Positions 10,262-18,734 are shown, counted from the stretch's first letter. The stretch is DNA of 64,000 nucleotides from Patescibacteria group bacterium (GCA_022711495.1 JAKLEX010000001.1:291379-355378), one strand, 5' to 3'. Notes: generated by a model not told the origin, from the letters alone. Made by a program: numbers and translations.

Positions 10262-11015
10262 AAAACAAGAACTTAAGAGAAAAATTCATCAAGCAATTTT
10301 AGTTGTTGTTATTCTTGCCGCCCTGTTCTTTTTTGGTTCTTTTGTCAGAGGGCTTGTTCAATTTATCAATGCGCCAATTAGCGCCGCCAAAGAAATTATT
10401 ACGCGGCCGTTTGGAACTTTTTTTGGTTATTTTGCTTCAAAAAGCGAATTGGTAGAACGAAATCTAGCTTTGGATGGAGAGAACAAAAAATTAAAAATAG
10501 AGCTTCTGACCGTTGAATCTCTGCGTCGGGAAAACGATTCTTTAAAAGACCTTTTAAATTATAACCAGGAAAACCCGAATAATCTTTTGGCTAAAGTTTT
10601 AAATCGTCCGCCGGTTTCTCCCTACGATACCTTTGTCATAGACCTAGGTAGTGATAAAGTCGCTGTCGCTCAAGAAGTTTTCTATCAAAATATTCCCATT
10701 GGTCGGATCGCTGAAGTTTATAGTGGCAGTGCCATAGTTAGAATTTATTCTTCTTCCGGTGAGAAGATTTTTGTTGATATCGACGAAGATCTGACTAATA
10801 TTGAAGCCCTGGGAATCGGTGGCGGGACTTTCCGGGCCAAAATACCAAAAGACCTGATAATTGATGTTGGCGCCATGGTTACTCTGCCGGGCGGTGTCTT
10901 GCTTGGCCAGGTAGAAGGAATTGAGCCGGAACCTTCCGATACTTTCCAAAATCTATATTTCAGGTATCCATTTAAATTAAGCCAAATTGATTGGGTTACC
11001 GTTCAAGCGGATTAA
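10233..11015 (+). CDS. mreC: rod shape-determining protein MreC
   Basis: 260 aa. An N-terminal transmembrane segment is followed by a coiled coil (NLALDGENKKLKIELLTVESLRRENDSLKDL) and a beta-rich C-terminal domain. It sits between mreB and mreD. Confidence 0.75.
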   Translation: MRTNFPQRNKKQELKRKIHQAILVVVILAALFFFGSFVRGLVQFINAPISAAKEIITRPFGTFFGYFASKSELVERNLALDGENKKLKIELLTVESLRRENDSLKDLLNYNQENPNNLLAKVLNRPPVSPYDTFVIDLGSDKVAVAQEVFYQNIPIGRIAEVYSGSAIVRIYSSSGEKIFVDIDEDLTNIEALGIGGGTFRAKIPKDLIIDVGAMVTLPGGVLLGQVEGIEPEPSDTFQNLYFRYPFKLSQIDWVTVQAD

Positions 11016-11031
11016 ATTATAGAAAATCAAA

Positions 11032-11298
11032 ATGAAGACAAATATCTGGTGGAGAGTTTCGTATAGTTTGTTCATAATCCTGTGCGCTTTCGTCGCTCCG
11101 TGGTGGATCAGCGTCGTTTTTTCAATATTGGGGTTGTTATACTTTGAGAAATTATACGAAGTTATGGTCGTCGGAATTGTTCTGGATTCTCTGTATGGTT
11201 TCAATGTTGAGATCTTTAGTTTTGGCTTTATTTTCACTCTATTTTTAATTATTGTCTTTTATCTGATTTCTAATCTTAGAAAAAATTTGCTGATCTAA
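11032..11298 (+). CDS. mreD: MreD-like small integral membrane protein
   Basis: 88 aa and very hydrophobic. It sits between mreC and PBP2. Confidence 0.55.
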   Translation: MKTNIWWRVSYSLFIILCAFVAPWWISVVFSILGLLYFEKLYEVMVVGIVLDSLYGFNVEIFSFGFIFTLFLIIVFYLISNLRKNLLI

Positions 11299-11299
11299 T

Positions 11300-12994
11300 A
11301 TGTATTTTTTCAACAGAAAGAGGGGGCGAGTTAGACAAAGAAGGGAAATTGATCCCGATGAGATTTTAATTGACGCGGAAAATCTGCCGGGTTTTGATAC
11401 GGATCAATTTGAAGGTCGGATTGAAAAACCGATCGCCAAAAAAACATTTTTTATTGTCGGTTTAATTTTCCTGATTATCGGGGCGTCTTTTCTTTCTCGA
11501 ATTTGGTTTTTACAAATCACCGAAGGTCAAGAAAATGTTAAAATTAGCGAACAGAATCGTTTGCGACAGTCGGTGATTTTCGCCGATCGTGGAATCATTT
11601 ACGATATCAATAATAATCCGCTTGTTTGGAACGAAGCGGCAGCCAATCCCGGAGATGTCAGTCAGAGGCGATACATTGATCTGCCCGGTTTCGCCGATCT
11701 CTTGGGTTACGTAACTTATCCTAAAAAAGATAACGCCGGATTCTATTTTGCCGAGGAGACCATGGGGGTTGATGGTTTAGAGCTTATTTACAACGATTTT
11801 CTATCCGGAGAAAATGGTTCGGAGATTATTGAGACCAACGCCTTGGGTGAAACGGTTGATACCAGTACTATTCGTAAACCTGTTCACGGCGGAGATTTAC
11901 ACTTAACCATTGATCGCGACATCCAGAGTAAACTTCAAGAAGGCATGGCGCGAATTATTTCCGAAAGAGATTTCCGCGGTGGCGGCGGAGTAATCATGGA
12001 TGTTTGGACTGGCGACATCTTGGCACTGGTCAGTCTGCCCGAATATGACTCAAATGTCTTATCAGAAGGGCAAGATGAGGCCAAGATTCAATCTTATATA
12101 GATAATCCGCAGAATCCTTTTCTTGATAGAGTCACCAATGGTCAATACACTCCGGGCTCTATTGTTAAACCTTTTATCGCCCTGGCGGCCCTATCGGAAA
12201 ATATTATTAATCCACTCAAAGAGATTTATAGCGCTGGTAAAATGTACGTGCCCAATCCGTATGATCCCGAACATCCCTCGGTTTTTTCCGATTGGAAAGC
12301 TCATGGTGCGGTTGATATGAGAAAAGCCTTAGCGGTTTCCTCAAACATTTATTTTTATCAAGTTGGTGGTGGGTTTGAAGATCAACCCGGACTTGGCATT
12401 TCAAACATAAATAAATATATGCGAATGTTTGGTTTTGGCGAATCCATTTCTACCAATGAGTTTGATACGCCTTCTGGTGTAGTTCCAAATCCGGAATGGA
12501 AGAGAGAGACTTTTGATGATGACTGGCGCCTTGGCGACACATATTTTACCTCAATCGGTCAGTACGGCTTTTTGGTGAATCCACTACAAATGGTTGTGGC
12601 CGTCGCGACTATTGCTAATGAGGGGACGGTTCTTAACCCGCGGTTGGTTTCCGATCAAACCGGTTCGCCGGAGATTAAAAGACAGGTTTCTATTTCACGC
12701 GAAGATTTTCAAGTCGTGAAAGAGGGCATGCGACAGGGCGTGACTTCGGCTACAGTTCAAGGATTAAACTATCCCGATCTGGAAATCGCCGGTAAAACTG
12801 GAACGGCTGAATTGGGCGAATCCAAAGAAAGAGTCAATTCCTGGGTCACAGGATTCTTTCCATATAGAAATCCGCGATACGCATTCGTCTTGGTTTTGGA
12901 ACAGGGGCTGGTTAAAAACCAGGTCGGCGCCGTTTATGCCGCGAAAATTCTTTTTGACTGGTTGAAAGTTGAAAAACCAGAATATACTTATTAA
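11300..12994 (+). CDS. mrdA: penicillin-binding protein 2 (class B transpeptidase)
   Basis: SIVKP (SxxK), SSN and KTGTAE motifs are present. An N-terminal transmembrane segment and a dimerisation domain are present. The gene follows mreBCD. Confidence 0.85.
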   Translation: MYFFNRKRGRVRQRREIDPDEILIDAENLPGFDTDQFEGRIEKPIAKKTFFIVGLIFLIIGASFLSRIWFLQITEGQENVKISEQNRLRQSVIFADRGIIYDINNNPLVWNEAAANPGDVSQRRYIDLPGFADLLGYVTYPKKDNAGFYFAEETMGVDGLELIYNDFLSGENGSEIIETNALGETVDTSTIRKPVHGGDLHLTIDRDIQSKLQEGMARIISERDFRGGGGVIMDVWTGDILALVSLPEYDSNVLSEGQDEAKIQSYIDNPQNPFLDRVTNGQYTPGSIVKPFIALAALSENIINPLKEIYSAGKMYVPNPYDPEHPSVFSDWKAHGAVDMRKALAVSSNIYFYQVGGGFEDQPGLGISNINKYMRMFGFGESISTNEFDTPSGVVPNPEWKRETFDDDWRLGDTYFTSIGQYGFLVNPLQMVVAVATIANEGTVLNPRLVSDQTGSPEIKRQVSISREDFQVVKEGMRQGVTSATVQGLNYPDLEIAGKTGTAELGESKERVNSWVTGFFPYRNPRYAFVLVLEQGLVKNQVGAVYAAKILFDWLKVEKPEYTY

Positions 12995-13011
12995 AAATCC
13001 ACCATTCCTCT

Positions 13012-13039
13012 TTGACACCAAAAGGCAAGTGTGTATAAT
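13012..13039 (+). promoter_or_regulatory. sigma70-type promoter for greA: TTGACA-16 nt-TATAAT
   Basis: TTGACA lies at 13012-13017 and TATAAT at 13034-13039, with TGTG immediately upstream of the -10. The greA ATG at 13061 is about 15 nt after the predicted transcription start, so the leader is very short. Confidence 0.6.
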
Positions 13040-13060
13040 TGCCTAATCTTTTATTTTAAG

Positions 13061-13522
13061 ATGTCAAAAGAATACTTATCAAAAGAAAAATATAAAGAGC
13101 TTGAAGAAGAATTAAATTCGTTGGTTAGCGTTAAACGCCGGGAAATTGCCGAGCGTCTTGAATATGCCAGATCATTGGGCGATTTGGCGGAAAACGCCGA
13201 ATATCATTCCGCTCGCGATGAACAGGGCGAGATTGAATCGCGAATAGAGTTTTTAACGGAACTGTTAAAATCAGCGGAAATTATCGGCCACAAGAAATCC
13301 GATGAGGTCATTGTCGGTTCAATAGTGACTTTGAAAAAAGATAAAGACGGCGAGAAGGTCACTTATACTATTGTTGGCAGGGAAGAAGCCGACTTGTTGA
13401 ACGGCAAGATTTCCTACGTGTCTCCTCTGGGTCAAGCGATCATGGGTAAGACCAAAAAAGACAAAATCTCTTTGGAGACGCCCAAGGGCGTGATTGGCTA
13501 TTCCATAGTGGAGATTGATTAG
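13061..13522 (+). CDS. greA: transcription elongation factor GreA
   Basis: The N-terminal coiled coil (SLGDLAENAEYHSARDEQ) and C-terminal FKBP-like domain of Gre factors are present. Start taken at the ATG at 13061 because the GTG at 13031 overlaps the promoter -10. Confidence 0.85.
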   Translation: MSKEYLSKEKYKELEEELNSLVSVKRREIAERLEYARSLGDLAENAEYHSARDEQGEIESRIEFLTELLKSAEIIGHKKSDEVIVGSIVTLKKDKDGEKVTYTIVGREEADLLNGKISYVSPLGQAIMGKTKKDKISLETPKGVIGYSIVEID

Positions 13523-13552
13523 ATTCTCGTCATATTTCCAGATAAAGAACTA

Positions 13553-13580
13553 AAAACCGGCCAGCTATTGGTCGGTTTTT
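13553..13580 (+). terminator. rho-independent terminator after greA
   Basis: AAAACCGGCC...GGTCGGTTTTT forms a hairpin followed by a T-run. Confidence 0.6.
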
Positions 13581-13604
13581 AGTCTATTTCAATGAAATTG
13601 GTGA

Positions 13605-13676
13605 AAAGTGGATAACTTTATTATTGTTTTGGTATCGGGTGGTGTATTATAGTAGATAAGTGGGATAGAGTGGGAA
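13605..13676 (+). promoter_or_regulatory. MraZ-box-like direct repeats upstream of mraZ
   Basis: Three copies of AAGTGG(G/A)A are present: aagtggataa at 13605, aagtgggata at 13657 and agtgggaaa at 13668. The last two sit 10 nt apart. A tattat -10-like hexamer lies at 13645. MraZ is known to bind GTGGG direct repeats in its own promoter. Confidence 0.5.
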
Positions 13677-13701
13677 ACAAGAAGAGAGTCCGCTTAAGCA
13701 T

Positions 13702-14136
13702 ATGTTAATCGGCGAATACAAACACACACTGGATGACAAAAAACGAATCTCTCTGCCGATGAGATTTCGCAAAGAAATCGGCAGGAAGGTCGTGGTTACG
13801 CACGGATTAGACCAATGTTTGTTCATGTATTCGGTAGGAGAGTGGGAAAAAATCTCTCAGAAAATCGGAGAGCTTGGCATGGGACAGGCCGATCGCCGAG
13901 GCTTTAACCGTTTTATGTTGGCTGGAGCCTCGGAGCTATCGGTTGATTCTGTCGGCCGAATCTTGCTCCCGGAACATTTACGAAAATTTGCTCGAATCAG
14001 TTCCAAGGTGGTTTTTGCCGGAGTTTATAACCGAATAGAAGTTTGGGACGAAACGGCCTGGGAGCAATACAAAGCAAAAGTTGTCAGAGGTGCCGATGAT
14101 ATTGCTCAAAAGCTTGGTGATATCGGAGCTCTGTAG
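13702..14136 (+). CDS. mraZ: transcriptional regulator MraZ
   Basis: 144 aa. A duplicated DxxxR motif (DDKKRISLP and DSVGRILLP) is present. It is the first gene of the dcw cluster. Confidence 0.9.
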   Translation: MLIGEYKHTLDDKKRISLPMRFRKEIGRKVVVTHGLDQCLFMYSVGEWEKISQKIGELGMGQADRRGFNRFMLAGASELSVDSVGRILLPEHLRKFARISSKVVFAGVYNRIEVWDETAWEQYKAKVVRGADDIAQKLGDIGAL

Positions 14137-14169
14137 AGATTGAAGTAACGTCTGAAGAAAAGTTAGGCC

Positions 14170-15081
14170 ATGGGGCACATACCTGTTCTTTTAAAAGAAA
14201 TCATAAATCATCTTTCACTGAAAGACGGCGAAGTCGTGGTGGACATGACTATCGGCAATGGCGGTCACGCCCGAGCGCTTTTGCAGAGTGGCGCTCGTCG
14301 GCTGACGTTGCTTGGAGTTGATGCCGACAAGACGGCTATTGAATCGGCGCGCAAAAATCTTTCCGAAATTTTCGCTGAAATAGAATCGCTGGGCCATCGT
14401 CTGATTTTGGAAAATCATTATTTTGACGCGTTGCCAAAAATTTTAGAGAAACACGCCGTTTCAAAAATTGACAAAGTTCTCTTTGATCTAGGATTTCGTT
14501 CCGATCAAATAGAGACGCCGACTCGCGGATTTTCTTTCAACGAAGAAGGTCCGCTGGACATGTCCTTTCTGGAAAATGCCACGGTTGATGCCAAGATCAT
14601 TGTCAATGAATGGGAAGAAGATCTCTTAGCCAAAATTATTTACGGATTTGGCGAAGAAAGATTTTCTCGTCGAATCGCCAAGGCCATCGTTTCGGCCAGG
14701 CGAGAAGGACCGATAGAAACGACGACCCAATTGGCCGAGATCATCAAAAAAGCCGTACCAGTCTTTTACCGCCGAAGCAAAATCCACCCCGCCACCAAAA
14801 CCTTTCAGGCCTTGAGAATTGCCGTTAACAGAGAGCTGGAACGATTAGAAAAAGTTTTACCAGTTGTCTTTTCCAGCCTTAATCCTGGCGGCCGAATCGC
14901 GGTTATCAGCTTCCATTCGTTGGAAGACAGAATTGTCAAAAACTTCTTCAGGGATAAGTTCAAAGCCGGCCAGGCAACTTTACTTACCAAAAAACCTATA
15001 GTTGCCAGCCGAGAAGAAGTTCTAGAAAACCCTCGTTCCCGTAGCGCTAAGCTAAGAGTTTTAGAAAAAAATGACCATTAA
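14170..15081 (+). CDS. rsmH: 16S rRNA (cytosine1402-N4)-methyltransferase RsmH
   Basis: HIPVLLKE and VVDMTIGNGGHA (SAM binding) are present. The gene follows mraZ. Confidence 0.9.
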   Translation: MGHIPVLLKEIINHLSLKDGEVVVDMTIGNGGHARALLQSGARRLTLLGVDADKTAIESARKNLSEIFAEIESLGHRLILENHYFDALPKILEKHAVSKIDKVLFDLGFRSDQIETPTRGFSFNEEGPLDMSFLENATVDAKIIVNEWEEDLLAKIIYGFGEERFSRRIAKAIVSARREGPIETTTQLAEIIKKAVPVFYRRSKIHPATKTFQALRIAVNRELERLEKVLPVVFSSLNPGGRIAVISFHSLEDRIVKNFFRDKFKAGQATLLTKKPIVASREEVLENPRSRSAKLRVLEKNDH

Positions 15082-15388
15082 AACATTACAAATAAATATA
15101 AATCGAACCGGATGCGTTAAGACTTTGTCCATGGTGATTCTGGGCGTGGTTTTCAGCTACGTTTATATGATCAACGCCATTTCTTTTAATACCGCCTCCA
15201 GAGAAAAGGTTAGCGACTTGATTTCAATGAGACAATCGGAGATCAGCGAATTGGAAAGCCAATTTTTGTCGGAAAGCAAAAAAATTGATTTGCCAGTGGC
15301 GAAAAGCCTAGGCCTGGTTAAATCAATGGAAAACGAAACTTTTGTTGTCGTTCGCCAGAGCAATAGCCGCTTGACCCTTAATGAATAA
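15071..15388 (+). CDS. ftsL: FtsL-like cell division protein
   Basis: 105 aa with a single transmembrane segment and a short coiled coil. It sits between rsmH and ftsI. Confidence 0.55.
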   Translation: MTIKTLQININRTGCVKTLSMVILGVVFSYVYMINAISFNTASREKVSDLISMRQSEISELESQFLSESKKIDLPVAKSLGLVKSMENETFVVVRQSNSRLTLNE

Positions 15389-17126
15389 AAAGAATCTAGT
15401 CGCAAAAGGGAGGGTTTATTTTGTTTTTGCCGTTTTCATTTTAATAAGTCTTCTTTTGATTTCTAAATTGTATTTGGTGCAGATTGTTGAAGGCGAATTT
15501 TATTCTCAAAGAGCCGATCGGCAACACATTCGACCAACGGCCAGCATTTTTGATCGCGGTTCCATTTTTTTCACCACTAAAGACGGCGAGAAGATAAACG
15601 CCGCGACTTTAAAGTCGGGCTTCAAAGTCGCCATTAGTCCGAGCCTGATTATTCATCCAGAAGATGTTTTTAATAATTTAAGTTTATATTTGGCCATTCC
15701 GGAAGAATCTTATTTGAATCACGCGGAGAAAATTGGTGACCCGTACGAAGAAATTGCTCGTCGAGTTCCGTATGAAATCGGCCAGCAGATTAAAGATCTA
15801 AATATCAACGGAGTATCGGTTATTGATGAAAATTGGCGTTCTTATCCTGGTGATGAACTGGCCGCGCAAACTGTCGGTTTTGTGGCTTACGGCGATGATG
15901 ACGACATAAAGGGACGCTATGGCTTGGAAAGACAATACGAAGACATTCTTGGTCGTGATCATAGAAATATCTTTACTAACTTTTTTGTTGAAATTTTTTC
16001 CGAAGCGGCGGAAGCTTTGAAAGACGAGAATAGCATGGAAGGCTCCATTGTTACCACAATAGAACCGGAAGTTCAGCTATTTGTTGATAATGAACTTAAA
16101 ACCGTGCGAGAGACCTGGTCTCCGAAAAAGGCTGGAGCGATTGTTATGGACCCAAACGATGGAGCTATTCGCGCCCTGTCTCTTAGCCCCAACTTTGATC
16201 TTAACCAATTTAATTTAGTCTCTGACCCAGCTATTTACAAAAACGACCTGATTGAAAGCGTCTATGAGATGGGTTCAATTATAAAACCCCTAACTTTGTC
16301 AGTTGGTCTTGACGTTGGTGCCATCACGCCCAATTCGACTTATGAAGACCGGGGTTATATTTCTTTAAACAACAAAACCATTTGGAATCATGATAAAAAA
16401 GCTCACGGAGTCGTCAGCATGCAAGAAGTTCTCAATAAATCTTTAAATACCGGCGCCGGTTTTGTTGAACAGAAAATGGGCAATGAAATTTTTGCGGATT
16501 ATATGAAAAAACTTTTTGACCAGAAAACCGGCGTTGATTTACCTAATGAAGCCAAATCAATTCTTTATCCGAATTTAAGTAGCAATACTGACATTGAATA
16601 TGTCACGGCCTCTTATGGGCAGGGCATCGCCATGAGTCCGATTAGCGTTATTCGAGCGCTGGCCGCCCTGGGTAACGGTGGCAAATTAGTGACTCCTCAC
16701 TTGGTTGAGCAAATAGAATACGATCTGGGTTTTTCTAAAGATTTAGATTGGCCAGAACCAGTTTCGGTTTTCAAACCGGAGACGTCTGAAAACATTACGC
16801 GGATGTTGGTTGAGACAGTGGACACGGCTTTGCGCGGTGGACAATTTTCTCTTAGAAATTACAGCATCGCCGCCAAAACCGGCACGGCGCAGATCCCGAA
16901 AAGTTACGAGGCCGGGTATTACGACGATCGTTTTCTGCACTCATTTTTCGGATATTTTCCCGCTTACGATCCACAATTTATAATTTTTCTATATCAGCTT
17001 GAACCGGTTGGCGGACAATACGCTGCCGATACTTTAACCGAACCCTTTATGAATATTACTAAATTTCTGATAAATTATTATTCAATACCGGCCGATAGGC
17101 AAAACTCAAATGAAAGCATTAATTAG
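15381..17126 (+). CDS. ftsI: peptidoglycan D,D-transpeptidase FtsI (PBP3-like class B PBP)
   Basis: 581 aa. An N-terminal transmembrane segment, SIIKP (SxxK), SLN and KTGTAQ motifs are present. dcw position. Confidence 0.8.
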   Translation: MNKKNLVAKGRVYFVFAVFILISLLLISKLYLVQIVEGEFYSQRADRQHIRPTASIFDRGSIFFTTKDGEKINAATLKSGFKVAISPSLIIHPEDVFNNLSLYLAIPEESYLNHAEKIGDPYEEIARRVPYEIGQQIKDLNINGVSVIDENWRSYPGDELAAQTVGFVAYGDDDDIKGRYGLERQYEDILGRDHRNIFTNFFVEIFSEAAEALKDENSMEGSIVTTIEPEVQLFVDNELKTVRETWSPKKAGAIVMDPNDGAIRALSLSPNFDLNQFNLVSDPAIYKNDLIESVYEMGSIIKPLTLSVGLDVGAITPNSTYEDRGYISLNNKTIWNHDKKAHGVVSMQEVLNKSLNTGAGFVEQKMGNEIFADYMKKLFDQKTGVDLPNEAKSILYPNLSSNTDIEYVTASYGQGIAMSPISVIRALAALGNGGKLVTPHLVEQIEYDLGFSKDLDWPEPVSVFKPETSENITRMLVETVDTALRGGQFSLRNYSIAAKTGTAQIPKSYEAGYYDDRFLHSFFGYFPAYDPQFIIFLYQLEPVGGQYAADTLTEPFMNITKFLINYYSIPADRQNSNESIN

Positions 17127-18417
17127 AAAAGTCATATTTATAATACTAACGATTGAAGCAAAAATTGTTCTTTTGCGTTATCGTCCGAAGATTATCGTTG
17201 TTAGTGGCACGGTTGGTAAGACGACGACCAAGGATGCCATTTTCTCGGCCCTCTCAAAGACTTTTCATGTTAGAAAGAATTCTAAAAGTTTGAACAGTGA
17301 AATTGGTGTGCCCTTAACTATTTTGGGTCTGGAAACCGGTTGGAATAATCCGTGGCGCTGGTTGTCTAATCTAGTCATTGGATTTTTGGAGATAATCTAT
17401 TATCCAAAATATCCCGAGTGGTTAGTAATTGAAGTCGGAATTGATCATCCGGGAGACATGAAAAAAACTGCTTCATGGCTTAAGCCGAATGTTGCGGTTT
17501 TGACGGCCTTTGGCCAAGTTCCGGTTCACGTAGAATTTTTTGAAGGACCAGACGATGTCACGAAAGAAGAAGCTGATATCATCAATTATTTACGCCGAGA
17601 CGGAATTATTGTCTTGAACGCCGACGACGAAAAAGCTCTGCGGTTGAAAGGGAAGACGAATCACAAAGTTTATACTTTCGGTAAGGGAGAGAATGCCGAC
17701 CTGGTTGCTTCTCATTATTCGGTGGTTTATGAATCTGTAAATGGCCGACCAGTTCCGCGCGGCGTTTCTTTCAAGGTCAGTTATTTGGGCAGTATTCTGC
17801 CGATTTCAGTAAGAAATGTTGTTGGCGATCAATTTGTTTATCCGATTCTGGCGGCGCTTTCCGTTGGCGTAGCGGTTAATTCATCGTTGGTTTCTTCTTT
17901 GGAGGGTTTGCGAAATTTTAAAGCGCCAAAAGGTCGCATGAATTTACTGGCTGGTGAAAACGAGACGATTATTATTGACGACAGTTACAATTCTTCACCG
18001 ATGGCGGCGACCAGCGCCATTCGCAATTTAGCCGAAATAGAAACGGCGGGGTCAAGAATCGCGGTGCTTGGCGATATGGCAGAAATCGGGCGATTCTCCG
18101 CCAGTGAACATCGCAAAATCGGAGCTTTAATTAAACAAAAGAAAATTGATATTTTGATAACTGTCGGCCGCGCTTCGGAATTGATGAATGAGCAGGCGAT
18201 TGAAGAGGGCATGGCTCAATCGCGCAATTATCATTTCAGTCATTCGGAAGAAGCTATCGCGACAGTTAAGAGATATTTAAAGCCGGGCAATATTATTTTG
18301 GTTAAGGGATCGCAATCAATGCGGATGGAAAGAATCACTAAGGCGATTATTTTGGAAAAGGATTCGGCTTCGGATTTGATTGTTAGGCAGGAAAAAGAAT
18401 GGCTAGCGAGAAGTTAA
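17110..18417 (+). CDS. murF: UDP-N-acetylmuramoyl-tripeptide--D-alanyl-D-alanine ligase MurF
   Basis: The Mur ligase P-loop GTVGKTTTKD and the IIDDSYNSSP motif (the DDSYN signature of MurF) are present. Confidence 0.75.
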   Translation: MKALIRKVIFIILTIEAKIVLLRYRPKIIVVSGTVGKTTTKDAIFSALSKTFHVRKNSKSLNSEIGVPLTILGLETGWNNPWRWLSNLVIGFLEIIYYPKYPEWLVIEVGIDHPGDMKKTASWLKPNVAVLTAFGQVPVHVEFFEGPDDVTKEEADIINYLRRDGIIVLNADDEKALRLKGKTNHKVYTFGKGENADLVASHYSVVYESVNGRPVPRGVSFKVSYLGSILPISVRNVVGDQFVYPILAALSVGVAVNSSLVSSLEGLRNFKAPKGRMNLLAGENETIIIDDSYNSSPMAATSAIRNLAEIETAGSRIAVLGDMAEIGRFSASEHRKIGALIKQKKIDILITVGRASELMNEQAIEEGMAQSRNYHFSHSEEAIATVKRYLKPGNIILVKGSQSMRMERITKAIILEKDSASDLIVRQEKEWLARS

Positions 18418-18582
18418 GAAGTAACAAAACTCCAAAGCATTTTTCAAGACACGCGTCGGCTCCTCCAGCGAGGAGCCGCGCTACTCTCGGTCGGTTTTCG
18501 GCACTCTTCGGTGCCGACCAAGCAAAACCGACCTGCGAGAGTCTCTCAAAATGCTTTGGAGTTTTGTTAGGGAGCTTAACTT
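18411..18582. ncRNA. highly structured palindromic element (candidate ncRNA / MITE-like repeat): 8+22 bp perfect closing stem enclosing three internal hairpins
   Basis: AAGTTAAG..GTAACAAAACTCCAAAGCATTTT at 18411-18443 pairs perfectly with AAAATGCTTTGGAGTTTTGTTA..CTTAACTT at 18550-18582. The internal hairpins are CGGCTCCTC-cagcg-GAGGAGCCG, GTCGGTTTT[CGGCAC-tcttcg-GTGCCG]...AAAACCGAC and GAGA-gtc-TCTC. The overlapping 68 aa ORF has no RBS and is judged non-coding. Confidence 0.5.
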
Positions 18583-18613
18583 CTCATTTAAAAATGCTAT
18601 ATTAATTGCCACT

Positions 18614-18687
18614 GGCCCTATCGTCTAACGGTTAGGACATCGCCTTCTCAAGGCGGAAATCAGAGTTCGATTCTCTGTAGGGTCACC
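18614..18687 (+). tRNA. tRNA-Glu (anticodon CTC)
   Basis: GGCCCTA acceptor (G2-U71 wobble), TCGCC-TTCTCAA-GGCGG anticodon arm with anticodon CTC, a 4 nt variable loop, CAGAG-TTCGATT-CTCTG T-arm, discriminator A and an encoded CC. Confidence 0.85.
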
Positions 18688-18706
18688 TAAACATTCTCAC
18701 TCACAG

Positions 18707-18734
18707 TTGACAGAATAAGTTCAAGTGATACAAT
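18707..18734 (+). promoter_or_regulatory. sigma70-type promoter TTGACA-16-TACAAT for the SemiSWEET-like gene
   Basis: TTGACA lies at 18707-18712 and TACAAT at 18729-18734. A GGGGG Shine-Dalgarno site sits 8 nt upstream of the ATG at 18778. Confidence 0.55.

Noticed and set aside
18411-18582. Integron attC site interpretation of the palindromic element
   Set aside because: The bottom-strand ends are TCTTAAC and GTTAAGC. These only loosely match the RYYYAAC / GTTRRRY consensus. The element at about 170 nt is longer than typical attC sites. No intI is present in the window. Kept only as a remote possibility inside the finding.
18399-18605. 68 aa ORF (MASEKLRSNKTPKHF...) overlapping the palindromic element
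   Set aside because: It has no RBS, an Arg/Ser/Ala-rich improbable composition, and lies entirely within a perfectly base-paired RNA/DNA structure. It is better explained as a non-coding element.
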